The position numbers were made by a program, and so were the translations under genes. A DNA stretch of 64,000 bases from Caldisericia bacterium (GTDB lineage Bacteria; Caldisericota; Caldisericia; UBA6126): contig DAOSES010000006.1 of the NCBI GenBank assembly GCA_035363255.1, positions 25,544 through 89,543 of the forward strand, read 5' to 3'. Below are positions 55,774-64,000 of the stretch, piece after piece (the first letter of the stretch is position 1; every line of letters starts with the position of its first letter). A model generated the notes under the pieces. It saw nothing but the letters and a program-made list of their open reading frames with translations. It made no database searches and was not told where the DNA came from.

Positions 55774-56992
55774 GTGGACTCATTGGCTCGTGGTCATGTT
55801 CATGGTATTATCACTTATTAGCGTCAATCAAGGATGTCGACGAGGCATCAAAGATTCAGAAACAGCTCTAATTGGAGTGATTACCGATGTTCAAAACCAG
55901 GTGCCAGTTGGAAAAGTACAGATTGAAATACGCAATACAAGCAATGGAAAAACCTTTAAAGGCACAAGTGATCAACAGGGAAGATTCAAAATCTTTTCCG
56001 AAGCTGGCTATTACGAGCTTAAAGCAGAACATCCCAAGTTTCATGCTTATCAACGCAGTATTGTCCTTGGAAAAGGCACTAATCAAGAAGATTTCTATAT
56101 GTCACCCATGCTCGAAAAACCAGGCAGCTTCGAAGGTGAGATTATAGCTGAAGATACCAAAAAACCTCTTGAAAACGTTACCGTTCAGATTGGCACAAAC
56201 CTTGCCAAGACCGATGCCAAGGGTCGTTTTAAATTTGATTCCCTACCTTTGGGGTCTTATCCAGTGTGGGCAACTATTCCAGGATATCAGGCTGTAAATG
56301 AAACTGTCACTATCGTCCGTGGTGTCAATAAAGTCAAATACACCTTAAAGCGTTTAAACTTGTCAGACGTTACCAAACCCGCTGAGCCTTTACCCCGCAA
56401 TCCTGTCTATGTGATCGATCCCACGTTCTTGGGTGATTTCCGAGCTCATTCTGTCAGGATTATCAAACCATTGAATGAACGACATGAGTACAAGCTAATC
56501 TCTGAAAGCAGACATCGTAGATACTTAAATTATGATGAACAAGTAGATAAGGGAGAAGTGCTTTATGTGGATGATGCCATCTATGTGAAATTTTTAGACA
56601 AATGGCAAGAACCAAAACAAATCAATACTTCCAGTAGGCCTGATGCTTTTATTGCCGACGATATCCTCATGGTATCCCACTACTTCAACTTTACCGACAA
56701 GGATTTCGATATAAAAGAGCTTGGATCAGAAAAAATGAATGGCTACAACACCAAAAAGTATCAGTTATCTTCAAAAGCTACTGCTACCCCAGAAAAACAT
56801 ATCAATGTTCAACTTTGGATGATATTTGACGAATCCAACCCAAGAATACATCGAATGATTACTCGCATCAAAGGGCGAGTACCCGAACTGCTCAATATGG
56901 ACACTTGGGCAGAGATTGATACCAATATCACCCATATCAATCAAAGCAACAAAATTGAGATTCCAGCCATCCATAAAGCAGCCAGCTCATAA
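55754..56992 (+). CDS. Secreted protein or lipoprotein with two carboxypeptidase-regulatory-like (CarbopepD_reg) domains.
   Basis: Signal peptide [28 protein letters not shown]. Two GxVxD...P..A.V......TD..GRF motifs. Start at ATG 55754 with RBS AAGGAG. Confidence 0.65.
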   Translation: MKTKLIKWTHWLVVMFMVLSLISVNQGCRRGIKDSETALIGVITDVQNQVPVGKVQIEIRNTSNGKTFKGTSDQQGRFKIFSEAGYYELKAEHPKFHAYQRSIVLGKGTNQEDFYMSPMLEKPGSFEGEIIAEDTKKPLENVTVQIGTNLAKTDAKGRFKFDSLPLGSYPVWATIPGYQAVNETVTIVRGVNKVKYTLKRLNLSDVTKPAEPLPRNPVYVIDPTFLGDFRAHSVRIIKPLNERHEYKLISESRHRRYLNYDEQVDKGEVLYVDDAIYVKFLDKWQEPKQINTSSRPDAFIADDILMVSHYFNFTDKDFDIKELGSEKMNGYNTKKYQLSSKATATPEKHINVQLWMIFDESNPRIHRMITRIKGRVPELLNMDTWAEIDTNITHINQSNKIEIPAIHKAASS

Positions 56993-57009
56993 AATTTTTA
57001 CGGAGGTGT

Positions 57010-57723
57010 ATGATGGATTTGACCACTTTATTCAAGCTGAGTTATGGATTATATATCGTAAACTCAGCGTATGAGCAAAAACGTAGTGGACAGGTAGTCA
57101 ACGTGGTTTTCCAGATTTCAGCCGAACCACCCACCATTGCCACCAGTATCAATCGCAACAATTTTACCCACGAATTGATTAGCCAAAGCAAACGATTCAC
57201 TGTCATGATACTTGAAAAAGATACTCCCCTTTCCCATATTGGCAGGTTTGGTTTCAAATCGGGCAGAGAATTGGATAAGTTCGACGGATTGGAACTGATG
57301 ACCGATAAGCTCAATGTTCCTATCATCAAAGATTATTGCGTGGGATATCTCGAAGTTGAGGTAGAAAAATCCATTGAAGTAGAAACCCACACCATTTTTA
57401 TCGGCAAATTGATCAGCGCAGAGCAGTTAAACAAAAAAGAACCCATGACTTATGCCTATTACCATGAAGTCAAACGAGGCACCACTCCTCCAACTGCCGC
57501 AACCTATCAAAAATCAGGCGAGGATAAAGCTTCATCAATACCACCCAAGGAGGGTAAAAACATGTCTAAGTATCGATGTGTGATTTGTAATTATGAGTAT
57601 GATCCTGAGGTTGGCGATCCCGATTCCGGCATTGCTCCTGGCACCCCTTTTGAGGAAATCCCAGAAGATTGGGTTTGTCCCATCTGCGGAGCTGGCAAGG
57701 ATCAATTCGAAAAGATTGCTTAA
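57010..57723 (+). CDS. High-molecular-weight rubredoxin (flavin-reductase-like domain fused to rubredoxin), Hrb-type NADH:FprA oxidoreductase partner.
   Basis: N-terminal flavin-reductase-like fold. C-terminal rubredoxin CVICNY...CPICG. Confidence 0.8.
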   Translation: MMDLTTLFKLSYGLYIVNSAYEQKRSGQVVNVVFQISAEPPTIATSINRNNFTHELISQSKRFTVMILEKDTPLSHIGRFGFKSGRELDKFDGLELMTDKLNVPIIKDYCVGYLEVEVEKSIEVETHTIFIGKLISAEQLNKKEPMTYAYYHEVKRGTTPPTAATYQKSGEDKASSIPPKEGKNMSKYRCVICNYEYDPEVGDPDSGIAPGTPFEEIPEDWVCPICGAGKDQFEKIA

Positions 57724-57795
57724 TTTCTATTGCTAAGGTCGGAAGCAAGCTCTTCCAGCCTTGTTTTGTCTAATCGTATCTGAGGAGGTAATATA

Positions 57796-58968
57796 ATGGC
57801 ATGCTTACGTCCAGTAGCGCATGATGTTTATTTTGTTGGAGCCATGGATTGGAACCGTCGTCTGTTTGATTCTTTGATTCCCCTGCCGGATGGTACTTCC
57901 TACAATGCTTACCTCGTCAAAGCTAGTGAAAAAACAGCCTTGATTGATACCGTCGATCCTGTGATGTGGGACTTGCTCGATACCTTGCTGGATAAAAGCT
58001 GTGCAGGATCCCTTGACTATATCATCATCCAACATTCCGAGCAGGACCATGCAGGCTCTTTGCCAAAGGTGCTTCAAAAGTTCCCCATGGCAAAAGTAGT
58101 ATGCAACAAAACCTGCAAAGACCTACTTATAACACACCTACACATTGCTGAAGACAAGTTTATGGTCATCGAAGATGGGCAAACCCTCTCCTTGGGCAAT
58201 CGTACCCTGCAATTCAAAAACACACCCTGGGTGCATTGGCCTGAGACCATGGTCAGCTTCCTTCAAGAAGACCGTATCCTCTTTTCCTGCGATTTCTTTG
58301 GATCCCATATGGCCTCGAGTGAGTTGTTTTACGAAACTGGGGATAGTAGTTTTTATGAACCTTGCAAACGCTACTTTGCAGAAATCATGCTTCCATTTCG
58401 TCGGATTATAGCCAAAAACATGGATATTGTCTCTCAGCTTGATCCGCTCATGATCGCTCCTTCCCATGGACCTATTTTCAAGGATCCGAGCATGGTGATG
58501 AAGGCTTATGCCAGATGGATCAACGATGAAACTGCCGATGAAGTGATCATAGCCTATGTTTCTATGCATGACAGCACCCGTTTAATGGCTGAAGCCCTGA
58601 CACAGCTCCTTTTAGATCGCCGGGTGAAAGTAAAAGTCTTTGATTTGGTGCATGCGGATCTTGGAAAAGTTGCCGAAGCCCTGGTGGATGCAAGAGTCTT
58701 GTTGCTTGGTTCTCCTACCGTGCTTGCTGGGGCTCATCCTGTAGCAGCCAATGCCGCCTTTTTAGTCAACGCTCTTCGTCCCAAAATACGCTACGCTGGC
58801 GTTTTTGGCTCTTACGGCTGGGGTGGAAAGATGGTAGAGCAGATCGCAGGAATGCTTTCAGGGCTCAAACTGGAACTACTCCCCACCGTATTAATCAAAG
58901 GCATGCCCCGAAAAGAAGACTACCAACAACTCCAAGTCCTTGCTGACCACATCGCCTCCCTCCCCTAA
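57796..58968 (+). CDS. Flavodiiron protein (FprA / rubredoxin:oxygen oxidoreductase-type NO/O2 reductase).
   Basis: Metallo-beta-lactamase-like di-iron motif HSEQDH; C-terminal flavodoxin-like domain. Strong RBS GAGGAGG. Confidence 0.85.
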   Translation: MACLRPVAHDVYFVGAMDWNRRLFDSLIPLPDGTSYNAYLVKASEKTALIDTVDPVMWDLLDTLLDKSCAGSLDYIIIQHSEQDHAGSLPKVLQKFPMAKVVCNKTCKDLLITHLHIAEDKFMVIEDGQTLSLGNRTLQFKNTPWVHWPETMVSFLQEDRILFSCDFFGSHMASSELFYETGDSSFYEPCKRYFAEIMLPFRRIIAKNMDIVSQLDPLMIAPSHGPIFKDPSMVMKAYARWINDETADEVIIAYVSMHDSTRLMAEALTQLLLDRRVKVKVFDLVHADLGKVAEALVDARVLLLGSPTVLAGAHPVAANAAFLVNALRPKIRYAGVFGSYGWGGKMVEQIAGMLSGLKLELLPTVLIKGMPRKEDYQQLQVLADHIASLP

Positions 58969-58992
58969 CAATTGGGGACGGTTCTTTTTTGT
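58969..58992. repeat. GGGACGGTTCT-box intergenic repeat, copy 1 (caattggggacggttcttttttgt), immediately after the fprA stop.
   Basis: 23 of 24 nt identical to the reverse complement of 63949-63975; the 11-mer core also occurs at 60040-60050. Confidence 0.6.
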
Positions 58993-59161
58993 CAATCGAA
59001 AACTAAAACGGCAAAGTTTTAAAGGCTAGTCTAAGCTCCATGAGCACTGATATATATAGTTATGCATGAAAATGTATAACTCTACTATATGTAAAATAGG
59101 AATTCCTTATTTGCTAAAATTATATGCAATAGTTTGATATTTCATATACGGAGGAAACCTC

Positions 59162-60040
59162 ATGAATAGAAACGAAATTCAAAATATCTCTTCAAGTCAA
59201 ACTCACTATATTATACGTCCAGTCGAGGAAAATGATTACTCCGATGTTGTAAAGATATCTAAGGATATCTGGGATGGCAATGACTACGTGCCAAAGATTT
59301 TTCATACTTGGCTGAATCAGGCAGGTCTTTTCATTGGCGCAGAAGATTTTTCAAGCAAAGAGCTTGTTGCAGTAAGTCATGTGGCACTATTACATGATGG
59401 TTCAGCTTGGTTGGGTGGTCTTCGTGTACGACCTGACCATCAAGGAAAAGGGATAAGCCACCTGATGATTAAGGCTCAACTTGAGTATGCCCTGGAAAGG
59501 CTTCACCAAGGATTAGTAAAGCGCATTGCTTGTGCCATCTTTACTAAAAATGAAGCTAGCAAACATTTATGCTTATCTTACGGTATGCAAATTAAACAAA
59601 GCTATCTGATTCTCAGTTGGAATGAGGATTGCAAGCCTCGACCTCTTCAAGTGGAACCCTGGGAGCCAAGCTGGGAAGAAATCGAAGCTTTGCCCTATTT
59701 TAGGGATAGCGAGGGACTTATTATTCAATACTTCAAAATGCAGAAAATCAGTCAAGCTTGGTGGGAGCAAGCGAAAAAGGATTTTCAGCTATTTAAGATC
59801 AATGGCACTCGGGGTTGGATTGAACAGAGCCAAGAACCTCACTGTATTGTGCTGGAACCCTCCGTTTCCTCTATTCACGACTGGTTGCAATTTGCCAGCG
59901 AACGTTTTGGAGAAGATGCAAATACGGTAATATTTCCTAAGCCCAGTCTGGTCGAGGAGTTAAAACAAAGCTCTATAGAAGCATGGTCAGAATGGGAGTC
60001 CGATTGCCTTTACTTTGTTTATGAACCTAAGAACAAGTAG
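59162..60040 (+). CDS. GNAT-family N-acetyltransferase-like protein.
   Basis: VRPDHQGKGISHLM matches GNAT motif A (Q/R-x-x-G-x-G/A). 292 aa, so probably two GNAT-like lobes. Confidence 0.55.
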   Translation: MNRNEIQNISSSQTHYIIRPVEENDYSDVVKISKDIWDGNDYVPKIFHTWLNQAGLFIGAEDFSSKELVAVSHVALLHDGSAWLGGLRVRPDHQGKGISHLMIKAQLEYALERLHQGLVKRIACAIFTKNEASKHLCLSYGMQIKQSYLILSWNEDCKPRPLQVEPWEPSWEEIEALPYFRDSEGLIIQYFKMQKISQAWWEQAKKDFQLFKINGTRGWIEQSQEPHCIVLEPSVSSIHDWLQFASERFGEDANTVIFPKPSLVEELKQSSIEAWSEWESDCLYFVYEPKNK

Positions 60041-60056
60041 GGACGGTTCTCATTTG
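60040..60056. repeat. GGGACGGTTCT-box, copy 2.
   Basis: gggacggttctcatttgt directly after the TAG stop of the GNAT gene. Confidence 0.5.
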
Positions 60057-60092
60057 TTGTTGAGTACCACAAACCTCGAATCGATGGGGCAT

Positions 60093-60119
60093 GTGCCAAA
60101 GGGATGGGGGTGTTGGCAC
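60093..60119. repeat. Hairpin with loop AGGGATGGGGGTG and a 7-bp stem (gtgccaa/ttggcac). It is related to the MITE terminal hairpin by loop identity and compensatory stem changes.
   Basis: The reverse complement of the MITE right-end hairpin is tgagtca-GAGGGACGGGGGTGt-tgactca; here it is gtgccaa-AGGGATGGGGGTG-ttggcac. Confidence 0.55.
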
Positions 60120-60120
60120 G

Positions 60121-60156
60121 TTAAAATGTCGCAAGTGCTGGATCCCCGTGTGACAT
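60121..60156 (-). terminator. Rho-independent terminator (repeat module copy 1) for the 722-aa beta-propeller gene.
   Basis: Minus strand reads atgtcaca-cggggatccagcact-tgcgacat + TTTT, abutting the stop codon. About 36 nt shared with 62355-62389. Confidence 0.65.
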
Positions 60157-62324
60157 TATTTTGCCTTTTTCCTTTTGGCAAATAGTATCCCCCAAATTCC
60201 CGCGAGGATCAATGCTGGAACAAGGAAAAACGGGATAGCCCAGGGGGAAGATGCACTTTGAATGGGGCTTGAAGCCTTACTCTCTGGTCGGGATATCTCT
60301 TCATTTATCTCACTTTCCAGCAATTGCACTTCCGTTTCGATTTCCTCCACTTGATTTTTTGCATCTGCATAAAACAAAGAAATCTGCCCTTCTGAGGATA
60401 TTTGGAATATCCCTCGGACACCTTGCTCAGTTAACGAAGAGAATAAGTAGGCTTGATCCTCGTGAGTGTAGATATCTTCGGTATACAAGGAGGTAACTTT
60501 GCTTTTATTGGTGCCATCCTTCCGGATTCTATAAACCTCTGTAGGCAAGCGATCAGGGATATAGTAGATCCAATTTTCACTCAGATTGTAAGTCCTTACA
60601 GGCTCTTCGATTAGGGATACTTCATGGGTGCGCTGGTAATCCATACGATACAGATGTTTTTCTTCATTTAAAAAGTAGAGGTGGACAGCATCAATGATCA
60701 AATCGCTTGCTTTACCCTCTCGCAAAACCTTGTAATCGCTTCCATCGATTCCTACTCGGATAACATTCCCATCCTCTGCTCGTGCATATATTAGATACTT
60801 TCCCTTTAAATTCAGACAATAACTATGATCTTTACTGATACCAAAACGCTCCCCAGTAACAAGATGTTGCTTGAAAAGCTGATAACCCTGAGCTTTAGTT
60901 GAAAAGTAAATCCAAGGATCCTGCACCAAATAAGAAGCAGGGAAATCCAGGATTTGCCTGGGCTTCGCGCTTTTCCATGGATCCAAAAAGAGGGTTCCAG
61001 AGTAGATGGAATCTCGATTGACATAATCCTGCCTATACAACAAACCTTGCGAAGTGTAGCGGATATCATACCAAAGAGCATCATCTTTGATAAGCTCTTC
61101 TTCATCAGTAATTAGGGACTTGTGGATGATCTTGCCACTGAATACTCCATCAGAATACAAAAAATACACCTGATTCTCATGGAAACTCATGTGCCCCCTT
61201 GAATTTCGGTAAGGGATGAGTGCTTGATTGTTTTCATCCAGTTCTTGGGTTTGCGTCTCTTGCGTTATAGGCTTGCTTTCGATTAAGGCATCAAAATTAC
61301 GATGACTTTTATCCATTGGATTAAAAATCTTCCAATTCCAGTTTTGTATATAGAAAACATGATTTTGAGCTATATGAATAGTTCCATCAGTATTGGAAGC
61401 CAAAAGCTCAAGATGCTTTCCATTTGAGTGTATCCGATACAATGTGAATGAATCTGTTGGGTAAGTATATTCAGGAAGATTTTGACCAGGAGTCTCTGTG
61501 ACTGAAAAATAAACCCAGGGATCAAGCACATTGATGGATTTGATGCCTTTGAGCTGACTTAGTCGGCTTTTCTTGCTTCCATCTTTTTTCATGCGATAGA
61601 GAGTGTTGTTTTCTTTTGAATGCAGATAATAGATCCAATCCCCTTCCACCAGAAGGAAGCTGGCAGGGTCAGGCCCAATCTGCTTTGCTTCTGTTCCGTC
61701 TCGCTTACAAAACATGATAAAAGCCTCATCGTCCTTGGCTTGGGTGAAGTAAAAGCCTTCCGGGGCAAGATTTAGCTGATGAAGCAATGAGGTATAGCTT
61801 TCAGTGGAGGGCTGGTTTGAGGAAGGGTAAACAGAATACACCGTTTTTTTCTCTGCAATGTTGCTTAAAGACCTTTTGATGATGCTAGTTGTGGATAGGG
61901 AATATATCCATTCACCGTCCCAATGGTAATCAAAGCTGGAGTAAATGGATAAATCATGTCCTTGATCCAGGTTGTTTAGATTTAAGTACTGAATACCGAC
62001 TTGCTCTCTAAACAGCAATTCATCGCCAATGATGTTAATATTATCAACTGTTCGACTTGATGACAAAGGGGTGTACTCCGATCCATCCAATTTTGATCGA
62101 AACAAGCTACAACCACGGGTGCAATTGGAAAAGTAGATGTATTCTCCTTGCGAAGCGAGAGAACCCCAGTTGTGTAGGTTGCCATTGGTGTTGCCAGTAA
62201 TAAAAGTGTTAGTAGCTTGGATTTGATGAATTCGAACTGGAATAACGTTTAAAATGAGAAATAAGGCAAACAAAAGTATTAAGCAAAACTGCTTATAAGG
62301 GTTTTTTTTTACTTTCATTGACAA
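60156..62324 (-). CDS. Large exported beta-propeller-like repeat protein with a C-terminal TM anchor (DUF5050-like 'x-Y-R-x-x-x-DGS' repeats).
   Basis: N-terminal signal/TM. Repeats LYRMKKDGSKK, LYRIHSNGKHL, VYRIRKDGTNK. C-terminal FFLVPALILAGIWGILFAKRKKAK. Confidence 0.6.
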   Translation of the reverse strand: MSMKVKKNPYKQFCLILLFALFLILNVIPVRIHQIQATNTFITGNTNGNLHNWGSLASQGEYIYFSNCTRGCSLFRSKLDGSEYTPLSSSRTVDNINIIGDELLFREQVGIQYLNLNNLDQGHDLSIYSSFDYHWDGEWIYSLSTTSIIKRSLSNIAEKKTVYSVYPSSNQPSTESYTSLLHQLNLAPEGFYFTQAKDDEAFIMFCKRDGTEAKQIGPDPASFLLVEGDWIYYLHSKENNTLYRMKKDGSKKSRLSQLKGIKSINVLDPWVYFSVTETPGQNLPEYTYPTDSFTLYRIHSNGKHLELLASNTDGTIHIAQNHVFYIQNWNWKIFNPMDKSHRNFDALIESKPITQETQTQELDENNQALIPYRNSRGHMSFHENQVYFLYSDGVFSGKIIHKSLITDEEELIKDDALWYDIRYTSQGLLYRQDYVNRDSIYSGTLFLDPWKSAKPRQILDFPASYLVQDPWIYFSTKAQGYQLFKQHLVTGERFGISKDHSYCLNLKGKYLIYARAEDGNVIRVGIDGSDYKVLREGKASDLIIDAVHLYFLNEEKHLYRMDYQRTHEVSLIEEPVRTYNLSENWIYYIPDRLPTEVYRIRKDGTNKSKVTSLYTEDIYTHEDQAYLFSSLTEQGVRGIFQISSEGQISLFYADAKNQVEEIETEVQLLESEINEEISRPESKASSPIQSASSPWAIPFFLVPALILAGIWGILFAKRKKAK

Positions 62325-62354
62325 CCTACCTCCTTATTATATGCTACCTGATTC

Positions 62355-62389
62355 CAAAATGTCGCAAGTGCTACGTCCCCGTGCGACAT
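62355..62389 (-). terminator. Rho-independent terminator (repeat module copy 2) for the 511-aa lipoprotein gene.
   Basis: Minus strand reads atgtcgca-cggggacgtagcact-tgcgacat + TTTT, 7 nt after the stop. Confidence 0.65.
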
Positions 62390-62396
62390 TAGTCCT

Positions 62397-63932
62397 TTAT
62401 GGTTCATATTGAAAGACTTCTCCTCTGTTGCTGAGGACAAGATGAGTGTGGTCCTTTCTGGGGATAACAAACAGATCGTATGGAGGGACAAAAAAACCAG
62501 GCTCATTGGATTCCATCTTTTCGAGAAGTTCGGGCTTATCTTCAAAGGAGGCGATAGGGATGAGTTTGCCAGTTTTGCTTATAGTTCGTAGTAAAATTTG
62601 CTGATGATTGGGCTGACGATAGCTTAGAAGAAAGACAAAAGAATCAAGGAGACGAACTTTCGTGTGCCAATCTTTTTCATGCTTCCAATGGTATTGCCAC
62701 TGGATTTTTTGATCTGCTTTGTTAACGGATGCAAGCCCCTGGTCAAAACTGATCAGAAAACGATCTTCAAGCATTTGCCACTCTTCTACCGTTTTCTCCT
62801 CATTTAAGCACAATTCACTTTTCAGCTTGCCTGATGTTTTATCAATCCCAAGCAAATAGGATCGCATAAAAGTCTTATCGGAAACCAAGGAAGAAGTTTG
62901 TTGCAGGATTAACCAGCAATGGAGTGAATCTGAAAACAGCTTGGGATGGAAAAAAGACCTTTCCTTGGTTTGATCCACCCATAAGTCTTGGGGCAATTCA
63001 AAACTCCACAACTTATCCAAAGTCCCCTTACCATCCCAGTGATAGCGATCAAGCACTAGCTTTCCCTGGTAGTGGCGATAGAAAAACAAGGCATCCCCCT
63101 CTTGGTGGAATAAATCATCAGCTTTCCAGAGAAGAGCTTCATAGTTTTCTGCTACATGGGCAGTGTTTGACAAGAAATCTGCATTGATCAGTTTGCCATC
63201 CAATCGGTTGAACACCCAATAAAACAAGGTGCTATGTTCTGTGACAAGGTTTTTTGCAGATGAAAGGTCCGAGGGAGCAATTACTTCAGCATCATAAGAA
63301 AACAAAAGAATTTGATCGTTGTTTTCGTAAATAAGTGGTAGAAACTCTGTATTAATAGCAAGTTTAGCTTTGGATTGTTCTACCAATGATATGGTCCAAC
63401 TTGTTTTATCAGTTAATGAAAAAAAAGACATTGTTTCGATGCTCTGTGTTCCGTTCAGAGTGATGTAGTAATCCTCAGCAATGCTTAAGCTATTCACACC
63501 AGAAGTTCCGAGGGTGCTTTCCGCAAGATTAGATTTGGAAAACAAGAGTAAAGTGGTTGTTTTTGAGGCAGAATAAAACCAATAATGTCTGTTCTCTCCT
63601 TCATAGCCTCCAAAATTATAGATTTTTTCACTTTTATCCACGATCTTGCCCGTTGAAGGATCAAAGCGGAAAATGAAGCTATTTCTTTCTACATCCTCAT
63701 TGCTTTTAATTAGCAAACCGCCATCCTTGCTATAGTGCAAATCACTCAGGATCGTGTCATTCAGGTCTGTTTTGAGCAAAGGATAAGGGTTTCTTTTTGC
63801 CTGTCTTGGAGGGATTTTCTGAGTTATTAAACGGGAAAAATCAGTGTAATAAGTGTTCGAGCTTTGGCAGGACAGCAAAGATAGGTTAAAAAGAGCTAAT
63901 AACGCAAGCAAAATCGCCTTTGAACCGATCAT
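62397..63932 (-). CDS. Hypothetical lipoprotein.
   Basis: Signal peptide plus lipobox MIGSKAILLALLALFNLSLLSC. No recognised motifs. Confidence 0.55.
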   Translation of the reverse strand: MIGSKAILLALLALFNLSLLSCQSSNTYYTDFSRLITQKIPPRQAKRNPYPLLKTDLNDTILSDLHYSKDGGLLIKSNEDVERNSFIFRFDPSTGKIVDKSEKIYNFGGYEGENRHYWFYSASKTTTLLLFSKSNLAESTLGTSGVNSLSIAEDYYITLNGTQSIETMSFFSLTDKTSWTISLVEQSKAKLAINTEFLPLIYENNDQILLFSYDAEVIAPSDLSSAKNLVTEHSTLFYWVFNRLDGKLINADFLSNTAHVAENYEALLWKADDLFHQEGDALFFYRHYQGKLVLDRYHWDGKGTLDKLWSFELPQDLWVDQTKERSFFHPKLFSDSLHCWLILQQTSSLVSDKTFMRSYLLGIDKTSGKLKSELCLNEEKTVEEWQMLEDRFLISFDQGLASVNKADQKIQWQYHWKHEKDWHTKVRLLDSFVFLLSYRQPNHQQILLRTISKTGKLIPIASFEDKPELLEKMESNEPGFFVPPYDLFVIPRKDHTHLVLSNRGEVFQYEP

Positions 63933-63948
63933 TTTCAGTCCTTCCCTA

Positions 63949-63975
63949 ACAAAAAAGAACCGTCCCCGATTGTTG
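63949..63975. repeat. GGGACGGTTCT-box, copy 3 (reverse orientation), in the 5' leader of the lipoprotein gene.
   Basis: Reverse complement reads aacaatcggggacggttcttttttgtt, followed by the RBS and ATG of 62397..63932. Confidence 0.55.
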
Positions 63976-64000
63976 GGGTTTTACCAGGTGATTTCAGGTA

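Noticed and set aside
60121-62389. Possible CRISPR repeats (a 36-nt repeat seen twice).
   Set aside because: Only two copies, 2.2 kb apart, with a 722-aa gene between them. Each is a palindromic terminator followed by a T-run. No cas genes are present.
1-64000. tRNA/rRNA genes and transposase/integrase genes.
   Set aside because: No T-loop-like GGTTCGAAT-type motifs with acceptor-stem symmetry were seen. No DDE or tyrosine-recombinase signatures among the ORFs. None are reported.

Overview
This 64 kb window is a chromosomal segment of a low-GC (about 40-45 %), probably anaerobic bacterium. The gene order pth-mfd-mazG suggests a Firmicutes-like or Terrabacteria-like background, but lineage is uncertain because several features have a cyanobacterial flavour: an RRM RNA-binding protein, a Ycf45/SpoIIIAA-like ATPase, a group-3 sigma factor and a flavodiiron protein. 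No rRNA, tRNA, CRISPR array, transposase or integrase was seen.

Recognisable housekeeping and metabolic genes are mnmG, an MscS channel, an amidohydrolase, sdaAB/sdaAA (L-serine dehydratase), a Cof-type hydrolase, a ComF-like phosphoribosyltransferase, bioY, pth, mfd, a dual-specificity phosphatase::MazG fusion, metK, a PlsC-like acyltransferase, an M50 metalloprotease, a nitronate-monooxygenase-family flavoenzyme and an Hrb-FprA rubredoxin/flavodiiron pair.

Accessory content is dominated by the cell envelope. Three very large secreted proteins end in copper-amine-oxidase-N-terminal-like anchoring domains. The two complete ones are each translationally coupled to an upstream membrane protein and share a C-terminal module. 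A single 975-981 aa enzyme fuses GT4, WecB/TagA and a CsaB-like polysaccharide pyruvyl transferase. A YtrA-like GntR-ABC operon, an AAE transporter and an OatA-like acyltransferase are also present.

The most unusual signal is non-coding. Two diverged copies of a roughly 367 bp ORF-less element with perfect 20 bp terminal inverted repeats (GGGACGGGGGTGTTGACTCA) flank a 2.9 kb cassette, in direct orientation. The cassette encodes a winged-helix regulator, a coupled 61 aa ORF, a membrane protein and a PQQ-propeller lipoprotein. The same AGGGAYGGGGGTG core reappears as the loop of a hairpin whose stem covaries, and a GGGACGGTTCT box occurs in three further intergenic sites. These look like one dispersed repeat/hairpin family.

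Other notable items are a 46-nt perfect palindrome covering the convergent stop codons of the sigma factor and mnmG, an orphan MutL-like GHKL ATPase, an acidic protein with a Cys-rich tail, and a metK leader too short for an S-box riboswitch. All functional calls rest on motifs read by eye; no searches were run.
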